DNA of 64,000 nt from Takakia lepidozioides (taxonomy: Eukaryota; Plantae; Bryophyta), in NCBI GenBank assembly GCA_030704615.1, contig CM060732.1:61752001-61816000 (forward strand). Reading direction: 5' to 3'. A model generated the notes under the pieces. The model saw only the letters and a list, made by a program, of their open reading frames with translations, was not told the DNA's origin and made no database searches. Of this stretch, positions 25,233-36,382 are shown one piece after another (the first letter of the stretch is position 1; each line of letters starts with the position of its first letter). The position numbers and the translations under genes were made by a program.

Positions 25233-27549
25233 CCGGGGCTTTGCGGCCTTCAACTTCTCAAAAGCGTCGCTGGGACGTCCAACGTTGTGACGCCAGGGGG
25301 TTGTAACGGCGTCGCCTTATGAGGTCGCAATCGTATTGTGGTCAGCTTCACAAGGACATCGCTTGGGGCGCCTTGCGGTGGGGGGTGTAATAACGACGAC
25401 GAGGCTGGGGCTGGGGCTGGGGCTGGGCACTAAGGCTATGGAGGTTGCAACTCCCTGGCGTAACAAGAGAGACCCCCCTTAGAAAGAACTTGAAGGAACT
25501 TGAATGAAATCTTTATATATATATATATATTACTTTTGTGATATATAGATGTAGCGTAGGTGTGTTGGTTAGTTTGTAGTGTCTTAGAAATGTTATAACA
25601 TGGAGGTCTTAGGTTCAAGTATGCATTGCATGATATATGTAGAACAATGAACATATTGTCATTAGACAGAACCGGAGTCAATGGTCAACAAGTTTTTGAA
25701 ATTCAAATTTTCCCGCCTAAATTCAAATGTATCCCCTTAAATTGTGACGTCCGGGCGTCGCACTTTGCGACCCCCGGACGGTGCTAATTCTGCATTGCAG
25801 AATAGGTTTTTATTTTTATTTTTTTTTAAATTTAAAATAAAATAAAATTATCCGACGCTCGGGCGTCGCTAATCGCGATGACGTCGTAAATCGCAGTTTC
25901 GCCTATTTGCGAACCCATTGGTCGCAAATTTGCGACGTTTTTTTGGCGACGCCCTTGCGACGGGCTTGCGACGCCCGGACGTCGCAAATTTGGTTCTTCC
26001 CCCCTGCCCAAAAAGGGTTGTTTTATGACGCCGCGGCGTGGCGGCGGCCTGGCCGCGGCGTCGAAAAAACCCCCCTTTTCTTGTAGTGCCAGTAACCATG
26101 GGAGCAAGTATCCGGGATATCAAGAGGCCGTGGAAATATTGGATTCAAGCTGCCATTTGTTGGTGATAATAGCATTGCGGGAGCGTAACGCCAACATGTG
26201 GATTGCTTTGAAGCATTTGTGTATGGGGGAGAAATGGATTTTGAAGTTTTTATGAAGAGCAGAGATACTAGAATTAATTGTGGATACCGCCTCTCGTGCC
26301 GGTGGTAATGACGGTTAGGGGGCCGGTGGATCAGCCACGTCGGCGGATGACAAGGATGAGCGAGGCGTATTTTTGATGTTTTTCTAGTGTGGAACAGCAG
26401 GGGTAGCAGTCATTACAATATATGAATTAAATAAAGTGTATGGTGAGGTTTGAGGATGGGGTGCTAGGCGGTGGTGTGTTTATGGGCAGCCCGTGTACTA
26501 GCAGTATGTTTGGACAGAGTCTGGCGGGGCATATGCAGGGTGAGGGTGACCGACAGGAGCATGGTAGTAGCCATGAGGGTACAGTGTGGTCAGGGGGCCT
26601 GCCCTGGTAAGTCCCAACATTGATGAGTGAGAACTAGCGTGTTTCAGATCGGCGTAAGAGAAGCTTGTGGATGTGCCAGACGACATGGTTATGTCGAGTG
26701 ACATGGAGGCCATGAATGACGGGTTGTGTGCATTGGCTAAGCAGGTGGGGCCAAATGTCGCGGGCCGAGTGGGTGCTAGCACATAGTGGGCAATTTGGGG
26801 AGGGAAAAAGGCGGGGCCAGAAGATGTGTTTACGTTGGTAGCCCATGTATTGAGTATATCTAAATTTGAGGCCGGTCTGTCTTATTTGGGCATCAGTGGC
26901 GACATTAGTGTGCCAAAAGTGATTAGACAGTTTATAGTGTAGTGCTGAGGATTGCGTCCATTTTCTGGATGTGTAGTTTAGTATGGCTAGCGGAAGTCGA
27001 GGCTTGCTTGCTAGCTTCTCGGGTGAGGGTGGTTGAGAGGTTTCGGATAGGACGGGGCTCGGGGGGGCCTTGGAACGGGATGGATGAACCAGAATGGGTG
27101 GGTATAGGCAACATGGATGGGATCCGGCGTGGGGTCCACCGGGGGCCGAGTGGCCCCTCGTTGGGCAAAGAGGTCAACCATTTCGTTGCCAGTGATGCCA
27201 ATGTGTGAACGAACTTTGATAAAATGGATGGGTTGGTTCAGGGAGATAGCAAGATGAACGATGGCGGCGATGAGGTTCCGGTCGGAGTGGTGGTGATGAG
27301 AGGAGGGTCGAGAGAGGTGGTTACGGATGAGAAAGAGTGAGGTGAGACTATCGGTAAAGATATAGTGGGGTGGGGGGGAATGAGGAGAGTTGGATGAGGA
27401 TATCGTGGATGGCCGTGAGCTCGGCACGAAGGATGGTGGCTGGGCCAAGGAGGCGTAGGGCAATGCTTTGGTTGGTAGCGGCATGATAAATACCATATCC
27501 AGTGAGGGAACCAGTGAGGGATCCGTCAGTGTAGTGGGAGTGGGTTGGT
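24758..27549 (-). mobile_element. 5'-truncated non-LTR retrotransposon with RNase H, CCHC and restriction-like endonuclease (RandI/Dualen-like)
   Basis: YTDGS...AELTAI...IFTDSL...KVRSHIGITGNEMVD (RNase H); CPLC...HLLSQC...RHNHVV; RLCPNILLVHGLP...KYASL (decayed PD-(D/E)xK). Imperfect TSD TCATCCCCTCAG/TCATCCCTTGAG; (TC)n 3' tail. Confidence 0.8.
24873..26088. mobile_element. Non-autonomous CACTA (En/Spm) transposon
   Basis: Termini CACTATAGCAAATGGGG...CCCCTTTTCTTGTAGTG, 3-bp TSD CCA on both sides, subterminal GCGACG/CGTCGC repeats. Confidence 0.93.
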
Positions 27550-27561
27550 TCATCCCTTGAG

Positions 27562-28075
27562 CTATAACCATAAGTTATTGTAGAATTATTCGACTTTTCA
27601 AATCTCTGTACAACTGAACTGACCTCCATCTGCACATCCCCCTGGCTGGCTGACACAAATATTCCAAAACACCTTTTCTGCATCGCACAACTTGCAGAAC
27701 AATGTTGTTGATTTTTTTGCGGTTGTAGAAATTTGCAGCCACCAAGGTGACTCTCTTGTTCAGTTTTTCGCAAGAGGAACAATTATGTTAGGCAACCCTA
27801 TAATCTGCTTGAAAACATCGATAATTTCTGTTAATCGTTTTCATGTTCATAAATTTGGCATATTACCCTTAAGGTCAAAGACAAGAAATTTCTACGGAAT
27901 TATAGAATGACATATGATGCTTTCAACAATTTGGTTGATGAGCTCACGCCATTTGTTAAGTCCACTTCATTAAATTTTGTAAGACCACAGCTAGACATCC
28001 GAAAGATTGTAGGAGTTGTTCTCTACCGATTCGCACATGATATTTCCCCACCATAATGGTAAATCGAGTCAATGT
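27562..28075 (+). pseudogene. PIF/Harbinger transposase N-terminal fragment
   Basis: FLRNYRMTYDAFNNLVDELTPF...IVGVVLYRFAH. Confidence 0.75.
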
Positions 28076-29643
28076 ACCCACGTTTCTATGGAGTCCCAGC
28101 AACCCATAAACACTAAGAGCGTCCGCCTCCGCCTGGGACCCTAAACAGCTGGTTTCTTCCCTTGTGATTTTTGTATGCACACATCTGCACCCTAGGAAGG
28201 AGCGACCGGCTGTCTTCCCAGCCCCCTTGCCTTCGCAACCTTAACCGTGTGAAGCCCTAGCCCTCTGGAAAAGGCCTTAGTGGAAGTTGTTTTGGGTGGG
28301 ATATCCATACTCGCGACTTTGGTCGGCCTACGGCGACTGGCCCTGCGGTATCATCCGGATGTGGTAGCAGGCACCCTCGTTGGACGCGTTCATCGTCCTC
28401 ACCAAAAGCGCGTAGGTAGTAACTTAGCATGAGGGAGTAGATCAAGCATTGCTACACGAGGGTTAGAATAGGTAGCCAATCTTCCACAGCCTGTGTGATT
28501 CCCCGAGAAATTGTGCTTCGTGTTGCGTGAGGATGATTTTTATACATTGCCTAGAGCTAATCAATATATAGCTGGCCCCGGGTAGGCAGGCCGGCCGGTG
28601 TCTGCACACGCTGCTTGTCTTCACAAAGAGTGCCCTGACGATTGGTCACAAGGTAATAAGTTCTTGGAAGTAGGTAGGATCCCACTCGTGCCGTGATCTA
28701 TGGATAATTATCGCCAGTTTTTTCACGATGATCCCAATCTCAGAGGTAATTATTAATTATCTGAAAGCTGCTTCGGCAAGTTCTTTTGGAAGTCTTGCAT
28801 CTTCCTTGTCGGTTGCTATGATCCAAAGGTTGCCTCACATTATGCAGTAAGCCTCGGTCAATGAGCATACGTGTTGCTTGCATGGATCAGATTCCTGTGC
28901 AGCTCGAAGTTTGAACACGCTGTGCTGGCCCTGGCATAACTTGTAGAGCCAGCTAAAGTAATTTCTCCAAGAACAATCATTAGAATTTGTGATATCCGAC
29001 CCTGTAGCATCGAAGTGAAGAATCTGTTTTCGCATTACTATGTGAATCGCAATTGTGAATCGCAAGTGTGGCCGATCTGAGTCGAGCTCTCCACTAGTGC
29101 TTGGTAGAAGATTGGTAGTGATGATCTGCCACTACATTCTATTATGAAACCTACGTGTCATGGAGAACTGGAGCTGGCAAACAGTGTCATGGCCTGCGTT
29201 TCTGTGCGTATGAGATTAACAGAGTGCCCTTATCAAGTATGACAATGCACTCTTTATTACTCACCGAACAGATGCATTCCATTGGTGCAAATTGTAGCTT
29301 GAAGCAAAGCACACCAACATCGGTGTTTGCAGCTTCCTGTATCAGGCAGTAACCGAGTATTCTTCGAAAGTCTGGAATGGTTGGACACGTTGCTCCCTTT
29401 CTTTGTAGGGATATATGTACACTATTCTCTAGTGGTCAGGACTCAGAAGTCAGAACCCAATATGTACTACCTAGTCTACCTTACCCATCTACACGCATAG
29501 GGCAGAGAAGCTGCATAGCCTTTTCAATCGGTAATAAAAGCATCGTGACTACGGAGTTCAGCCATTCGAATTTAGAAAGACATCTATATTTCAGATTGTT
29601 TGCTGTCAAGAAAACACTCTTCTTGCAAATGTTGCAGAGAATT

Positions 29644-30144
29644 TCACGGGCATTGTCGTCGTATCCTAGCACCCCATGAGTCGGCGGTGTCTCTTTCCCG
29701 CAGTCGCCTGAGTTGGACAGCCCATTGTTGCTTTCAGGCCTCCGATACACCTTCCCTATGTCGCTCTTGAGAGCGTCTCCTGCTGCCCAAGTCAAATGCT
29801 CGATCAAAGACGGAGTCGATCAACTCAGTATCATAGCCTGCTTCTTGCTCGGGGTCAGATAGAACCTCTTAAGCTCGTTGAAGTTCCATAAATTTAAGAG
29901 TACATTCTGCCGTTGCGTGATGGGGCACACAGCAGCCATCGATCTCCTCAGCGAGACGAGCGAGACGGTTTGCGGGATGCCTGTTCCCATGCTCACGAGA
30001 ATGTTCCCCACGTGAGAACGAGATGGATGAAAAGATCGTGGATGGCTGAATAAGTCATCGTCCATAACGGGCAGGCGCGTGCTCGATTCTGCGATATTGA
30101 CAGCCCTGTAGTATACTGCCACCTGTACGACGTTGCCTCGCCAT
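29644..30144 (-). pseudogene. Chloroplast DnaJ20 (J20)-like J-domain pseudogene
   Basis: KFMELQRA*EVLSDPEQEAGYD...A*KQQWAVQLRRLRER...SWGARIRRQ matches the J20 C-terminal pattern. Two in-frame stops; the HPD segment is deleted. Confidence 0.75.
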
Positions 30145-31080
30145 TGGGTTGACTCTGTCGCCGAAAATGATTGAGGGAATCGAAATAATCAAAATACGTG
30201 TCCCGGTTAATGTAAAATGAAGAAGGAAAAAGAGAAAATGCACACATAAATCGAAAATAAATAAATATCTGATGGCGGCAGCTTTCGGCGGGGTCAGAGC
30301 CTCAATAATGGCGGTCAATGCCCGGTCAACGATGCTTTCTTGGGGTCACAATGTACATCCATCCATTCTGTTCATCCATTTATTGGCGCAAGTGGCCGTA
30401 CGCTTCAGTTGCATGACTCGGACTCTTCTTTGCAAATTGAGCGGATGAATACCTGATGGATGACGCTATAGTAGAGGATGAATAATGCGACTGGATTCCC
30501 TAGTTTTGTCCATGTGATACTGGGCGTGGGTAAGTTCATCCAATTGATCATGGATGAATGATGAGGCAGAGTGCGGCCTGCCCAAGTGGACGGAGGAGCC
30601 GTTGAGTATGGGGTGATAAAGCCGTGCGCAGGGCCTATTCCCGCTTTACCGTTTCTCTCGAATATAAATCATTAAAAGAAAAAGCGATCGAAAGGACAAG
30701 CGGAACAAGGCGAGCAGAGTGTGTTGCTCTGCGAGGGCCCGCTATAGCCGTCTCCTTGGAGCCTATGCTTGCTGCTTCTAATTTGAGCGCCTTGCTTACG
30801 CACTCCAGGCTCTGTCACCGCTTGCATTACTACCTTCCCGGAAGAGCATCAGTATTCTATGGCGTAGTGTGTTTCAAGTTGCTATGAGTGTCGAGATCAC
30901 TTCTCTGACATTATTCGCATTTTGAAGTTCGAACCCTGAGATCTCTGGAGCCTTTTTGTCTCCGCTCCTACAATTGTTAATCCTAGCTCTTCTCTGTGGG
31001 ATAAGCCGTTTTTTGTCTTCGCGATCGAGAGAGCACTACGTTTGAAGGAGCATGAACAAGAGCTGATCGTCATTTGTGAG

Positions 31081-31098
31081 CTCTCCCTCTCTCTCCCT

Positions 31099-31157
<59 letters not shown>
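31081..31157. repeat. (CT)n microsatellite upstream of the NHL gene
   Basis: Read directly from the sequence. Confidence 0.95.
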
Positions 31158-31161
<4 letters not shown>

Positions 31162-31779
31162 ATATACAGACATTGATGAAGGTCATTTGATGGAATGTGA
31201 TAGAGTAGCTCATGGAAAGTCTAGTCAAGTGATGTTTGAGCATGTTGTTCCTCTTCACGGGTAAAATGTAGGTCTAATTTGACTGAGGAACATCGTGCCA
31301 TGATATGGCATTTTCTTTATGGCTTCCCTCCCAGTGCAGCTGTGCAGTCTCGCCTCGTCGTGTGTCAATCCTCAGTCTTCACCACTAACGATTGTTTTGT
31401 TTTCCTGGCAGAAGTTTTTTTTTTTTTTTTTTTTTTTTCCTTAGTTCCTGTAATAGCTCTTAGTGTGGGCGGCCAGGTGACATTGCAGCGAAAGAGGGGA
31501 AGTTAGAGTGGGAGGGTCTGAGCATGCTGTAGTTTCGTTCTTAGCATTTGCCATCCATTTCGATGTGATCCCTTCTGTGTTGTGACAAATAGTCTGCCCC
31601 GTTGTTGTTGCCCCATAATTGCCCCGAAAAATCGGTTCCGCTCCTTGTTTTCTCTATGGCTGCCCTTTACGCTACCAATGTTAGATATTGATGTTTCCAT
31701 TTTGTGTCGAATACAGCATTGAAATCGGAAGCTGAACCCGCCTTAAAGGACGATCTGAAGAAAGGATAACTTACTTTTC

Positions 31780-32598
31780 ATGGCGGAGCGCATTTACCCC
31801 ACGATGCATGAGCCCGCAATCTTATCAGGAAGATCCACCTCAATGGGCAAAATCGGAGCAAAGAGATCTGACCAAGTACGATACGAGCTCAAAAAAGGAT
31901 TTGCGACTCCAGGCCATGCTGCCGACCCCCCCCTTCCCCCACCCTCTGTCTACGGCCGACCTCGGCGCCGGTCCTCTGACTCTTGCTGTTACCTCCTGGC
32001 TCTTTTCTGCACGATAGTCGTGTTCGTTTTTATAGCTTTGTGCATCACTGTTCTAGTTCTGTGGATTATCCTGCGACCTAAAGCCCCTCAATATAGTGTG
32101 CAAAATGCTTACATCGCCAGTCTGAATGTTACCTCCCGATCTGGTGCTCCAGTAACGAATGTAACCGAGTTACAGACGCTGAACAGCCCAGTTTTGAACA
32201 CAGATATTGCTTTCACTATTACAGCTCGGAATCCCAATCAAAAGATTGGAATCCACTACAACAAGATCGACATCTTTGCGGCTTATCAAGGCACGACGTT
32301 CGCTCAAAGTCATGTGCCTCCCTTCTATCAGGGCCATGAAGCTACAACTGATGTGACCTCTGACATGAAGGCCACTAATGCTCCTCTCACTGACAGCGAG
32401 GGAACTTCGCTACAGACCGCGATTTCCAACAACGACATCCCTTTGGTTGCAAATATTAATGTGAGAGTAGCTGTGCAGGTCGGGTCTTGGAAATCTCCTA
32501 GTGTCTGGATCCATGTTGTCTGCGATGTAAGGGTGAGCCCGCCGACGGCGCCCCAGGGCGCCAAATTGTTGTCCAAAGCTTGCAGATGGAAGCGGTAG
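31780..32598 (+). CDS. NDR1/HIN1-like (LEA_2 domain) membrane protein, single coding exon
   Basis: 272 aa intact ORF: Pro-rich N-terminus, Cys motif plus TM helix, LRPKAPQY, TARNPNQKIGIHY, PPFYQGH, terminal Cys pair. Confidence 0.92.
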   Translation: MAERIYPTMHEPAILSGRSTSMGKIGAKRSDQVRYELKKGFATPGHAADPPLPPPSVYGRPRRRSSDSCCYLLALFCTIVVFVFIALCITVLVLWIILRPKAPQYSVQNAYIASLNVTSRSGAPVTNVTELQTLNSPVLNTDIAFTITARNPNQKIGIHYNKIDIFAAYQGTTFAQSHVPPFYQGHEATTDVTSDMKATNAPLTDSEGTSLQTAISNNDIPLVANINVRVAVQVGSWKSPSVWIHVVCDVRVSPPTAPQGAKLLSKACRWKR

Positions 32599-33583
32599 AG
32601 AAACTTCTTCATGCTCTTAGTTGAGCTCATTTTTGACACGGACTGGAGCAATGTCAGTGGGTGAAATTTGTCTCACTGTAGGAGTTTTTACTCGGTGTTT
32701 TGAGGATCTGTGGCCAGAGTTGGGGGTTGGCACAACTCACATCAGATATCCTTGAAGATGAGATGGCTGTGCATGGCAGCCCCGATGGAGACGTTCACAA
32801 AATCGGCAATATTCAGCCAGAAATACTCTTGATGTTTAGCGTGACACAAGGATATGATGCTTGTGTCCATTTGAAGGCATGACCTATTTTCGGGGTTTCG
32901 GTGGACCTCTGTGGTGTGGTGGGAAAGAGAAGCGAGGAGAATTGTTTTGATCTTGATACGAGCGAATTATATCAGTCTGTAATGACAAGGAAAACTCATT
33001 GTCCGAATACTGGACTCCTTTTGTCAAGTTTCTGTGTTTGGGCCTGGTGCCAGTGGTTCTGGTAACCAAAGCTCAAGCAGCAGAGATATGTGATTGAAAT
33101 CTGCAGCGGAAGTTCACCTGTAGTCCTTTCAGTAATCGAAGTTTTTTCTGATGGGAAAGAAATCTAAAATTGCAGAGGGACTTAATTTGCATTGTGATTT
33201 TTCTCAGCCTTATTGCCAGTGTGACCACGTAACTAAAGGCAGATAAATGAGAGAGACGTGCATTCATGAGGTAAGTGTCATTTGACTACACGCATAGAGG
33301 GGTAAGGGTGTGGGAATTCCTTGTCACAATTGCTTTGGATATGACTATTGTGGAGTGTTAGGTGACGACAGGATTGTTTTCCAAGCCCAGTTCATGGTCA
33401 GCAGCTGGGCACCGCCACATAGCCACTCCTCCTGTACTGATGCTGAGTCCTAGTGCGCATCACAGGAGGAACATGGTGCATCTGGTGAAGGCTTCATGTC
33501 TCCAAGGGGTAATAGAGCGCCCATCAACACAGTAAACTGAAGTCCCAGATTTAGCGCAATATTCCCTGTGTGGGTATGGGTGA

Positions 33584-34642
33584 TCACAGGATGATCCCAG
33601 AACCACTATTGTTTATTGCAGGGGTCTTAGATGCAGGAGTGCTGCAGCTGTTGCAAAGGTCGGCCTGCTGCCCTTCAACTGTGCCAATCTTGTGAATGTC
33701 CTCAGTTCCATCTCTGCCTCTGTCTTTATCAGCTACCTGTACTTCAGAACTCTGATCCACGATGGATTTTTGGAATACAAGGGTGTCATCCAGCAGCTTT
33801 ATCATGGTCGTCACTACTCCAGGGTTTTGTGCTGAGGGGCGCTGTGTTGGGGAGAGGGCGGCGGACACGAAGGCTGACATATTCTCTAGAAGGAATTGCA
33901 TTCCCTTGTGGGTGAGGTCCTGCTTCCTGTGGACACTGTCAAATTTCATCTCCAATTCCTGAGATAGGCGCTGGAGGCGGACAGTCTCCACCACCATACT
34001 CATCTCCATCTCTCCTACAACTTCAGAAATCCGGTCTTTCATCGATCCTTGCACCTCAACACTGTGGGTCAGTGCTTTCATCACCACTTCAATCTTGCCC
34101 TCCAAGCCCCGAACAAGACGCTCCACGCTAGCAACTTCTACCACAGTCCTCTCCACCTCTCCCCGAACTTCAGAAATCTGGTCTTTGATGAATCCTTGCA
34201 TCTCAAAACTCTCGTCAAGCGCATGACTCACCATTTCTAGTCTTTGTGCTGACTGCCGCTTTCTGAGAGCAGACATATGCTCTACTTGCTGTAAAGTTTT
34301 TGCGAAGGCAATCGACATGCACTTTCGAGCTTCAGAAATCTTTGCTTTGATCGATGATCCTTGCGTCCCAACCACTGGAAGTCCTTGTGCTGATGATTGC
34401 CCCGTTCGGAAGGAGGGAGCTACTGACAGGTGCTCTAGTTGCCTTGAAAGGCATGCTACAGTAGTAGACATGATATTTTGTGCTATGGACATAATAGCTT
34501 GCCAAGTCCAGCCCCTCCACCATATGAATCCATATAGTCCAGCGGCACCTAAGAATGCAGCTGGCCCGAGCAGTGATCTAAAAGCGGTTGTTGGCAGTTT
34601 GGGAACGGGAATAACAGCAGTGATCGGTTCCAAAAGCGCCAT
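33584..34642 (-). CDS. DUF1664-like coiled-coil protein, intronless, with internal repeats
   Basis: GPAAFLGAAGLYGFIWWRGWTW...MSTTVACLSRQLEHLS resembles the DUF1664 core. An in-frame stop lies just upstream, so it may be a retrocopy or pseudogene. Confidence 0.65.
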   Translation of the reverse strand: MALLEPITAVIPVPKLPTTAFRSLLGPAAFLGAAGLYGFIWWRGWTWQAIMSIAQNIMSTTVACLSRQLEHLSVAPSFRTGQSSAQGLPVVGTQGSSIKAKISEARKCMSIAFAKTLQQVEHMSALRKRQSAQRLEMVSHALDESFEMQGFIKDQISEVRGEVERTVVEVASVERLVRGLEGKIEVVMKALTHSVEVQGSMKDRISEVVGEMEMSMVVETVRLQRLSQELEMKFDSVHRKQDLTHKGMQFLLENMSAFVSAALSPTQRPSAQNPGVVTTMIKLLDDTLVFQKSIVDQSSEVQVADKDRGRDGTEDIHKIGTVEGQQADLCNSCSTPASKTPAINNSGSGIIL

Positions 34643-35411
34643 GGCCACTCCAAAATTACAATATTCTCCTCGAGCCTAAAAGGTAGCTATCTCCTCTCGA
34701 GCCTCTGCCAGGATCTGCAGCGATGGAGTCACAGTTGTTAGTTGTGATGGCTTTATCATGACTGGACATTAGGGTAGGAAAGGGGAGACAGTCAGATTGC
34801 ATTGATTGATCTTAAAACCAGCATCAGCTCAGACTGGAAGATTAGATCATGGTAAAGGACTAAAAAAGACCCTGGGAAAGAAGCGGATGATCCCAGCTTC
34901 GTAGAGTCTGGTGAAGCCTTGCGTCCCAACCACCGTTAAAACCCAATCCACTGATCGAAACTTACACACTAGAGCTCGTGGTGAAGCTTCAAAATCTACA
35001 ATGTCCCCAGCTCACATGTGGAGCGTGGCAGAAAAGACACAGACGCAGAGAGGCTACAGTTTACATAGTGGAAGCCCGAGCGGTAACCGCACCTCCTTCC
35101 TCGTTGTAGGAATACAGAACGGCGCGAGCTCGAAGAATACACAACGTAAAGAACGGGGTTTTGCATTAAGCCCCTGCACTTTGCAAAAACAGTTAGTACT
35201 CCTCGTCTACCACCTCATCGCCTGAGTTCTGAGCTCTCGACATGAGAACTGGCCCTTTTTTGTGTGTGTGTGTGTGTCCCCATGAAATAGCCCTGCTGCC
35301 CTGCCCCTATGCATTCAGCATTTTTTGTTTGTTTTCTTTGTATTCATTTTTTTTCTGGTTGTTCATATTGGGGTGCTGTTATTTGGCTCTCCTGGATTGA
35401 TATAGGTTTAA

Positions 35412-36210
35412 CCCTTAAGTTCCCAAGCGACCTGAATCGGGTCACTTTGAATTTGAGGTTCGGCCTAGTTTTTGCAGATCTAATCTGATGGGGCCCACTC
35501 CTGAAGCTTTAATGACAAGGGATTTGTCTCGAGTATGATGCAAAAAACAAAACTACAAAAAAACAAAAGCTGCTACCTACAAAAAATATCTTAGATCTCA
35601 TTTTTACGTTTTGGGCCTGAAAAGGGCTTGTTGACCGCTGACGTGGCAGGTAAACAAGCCCAAAACAGATTGCACTCCAAAGGCCATTTTTGGCAGAAAA
35701 TTAGCAATTTTGGAAAAAGCACTTCACCATCTGGTGTGTGAGCATTACATACACACATCCACCATTGGCTTTCAAAATCTTTGTAGAAAAAAAAGTACTT
35801 CATTTGGAGGCACATTTTCTCTTGTCAATTTTGAGATTTCAACCCCCATGTAATTGCATGAATAGCAAGCATAGGTGAAAAAATCAGTTGGACGTGCAAT
35901 TTAGTGGGGTCATAGCCACTCCACTATTGATTTGGAAATGGTGGGTCTTGGGGCAAGCAAAATTGGATAAAGCTAGGTTTTGATTTGGTCAAACCAATTT
36001 CTTTCTTACTTTTTCTTTGGGACCTGATATAATCTCACAATTTCCATGGTGGACTTGGCTCATTTTTTGGTATGTCATGCATAAATGAGCTGCGCCCACT
36101 ACTATAAGTTTGATATCTTGATGATTTTTGGTAGGTTTCTAGGGGCAATTTACCACAGCTGGGTACCCAAAATTGGTAAAAAGTCAAAAAAGGGCTTGGG
36201 AACTTAAGGG
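35412..36210. mobile_element. piggyBac-type non-autonomous element (MITE)
   Basis: TTAA|CCCTTAAGTTCCCAAGC ... GCTTGGGAACTTAAGGG|TTAA; perfect 17-bp TIR. Confidence 0.85.
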
Positions 36211-36382
36211 TTAAGATAAACGAAAACAGAACAAAATGCCACAACTTTACCTGTCCTCCAGTTATCCACTCTTGTATTGCATCCTGTTCCTGCCTCCCTA
36301 TTGGTCCGTCTCTTGATTTCCTTGACCTTCAATTTTTCCTTGTTGGGTACTTGATCATTTAAATGACAAATCTTCCAGCATT

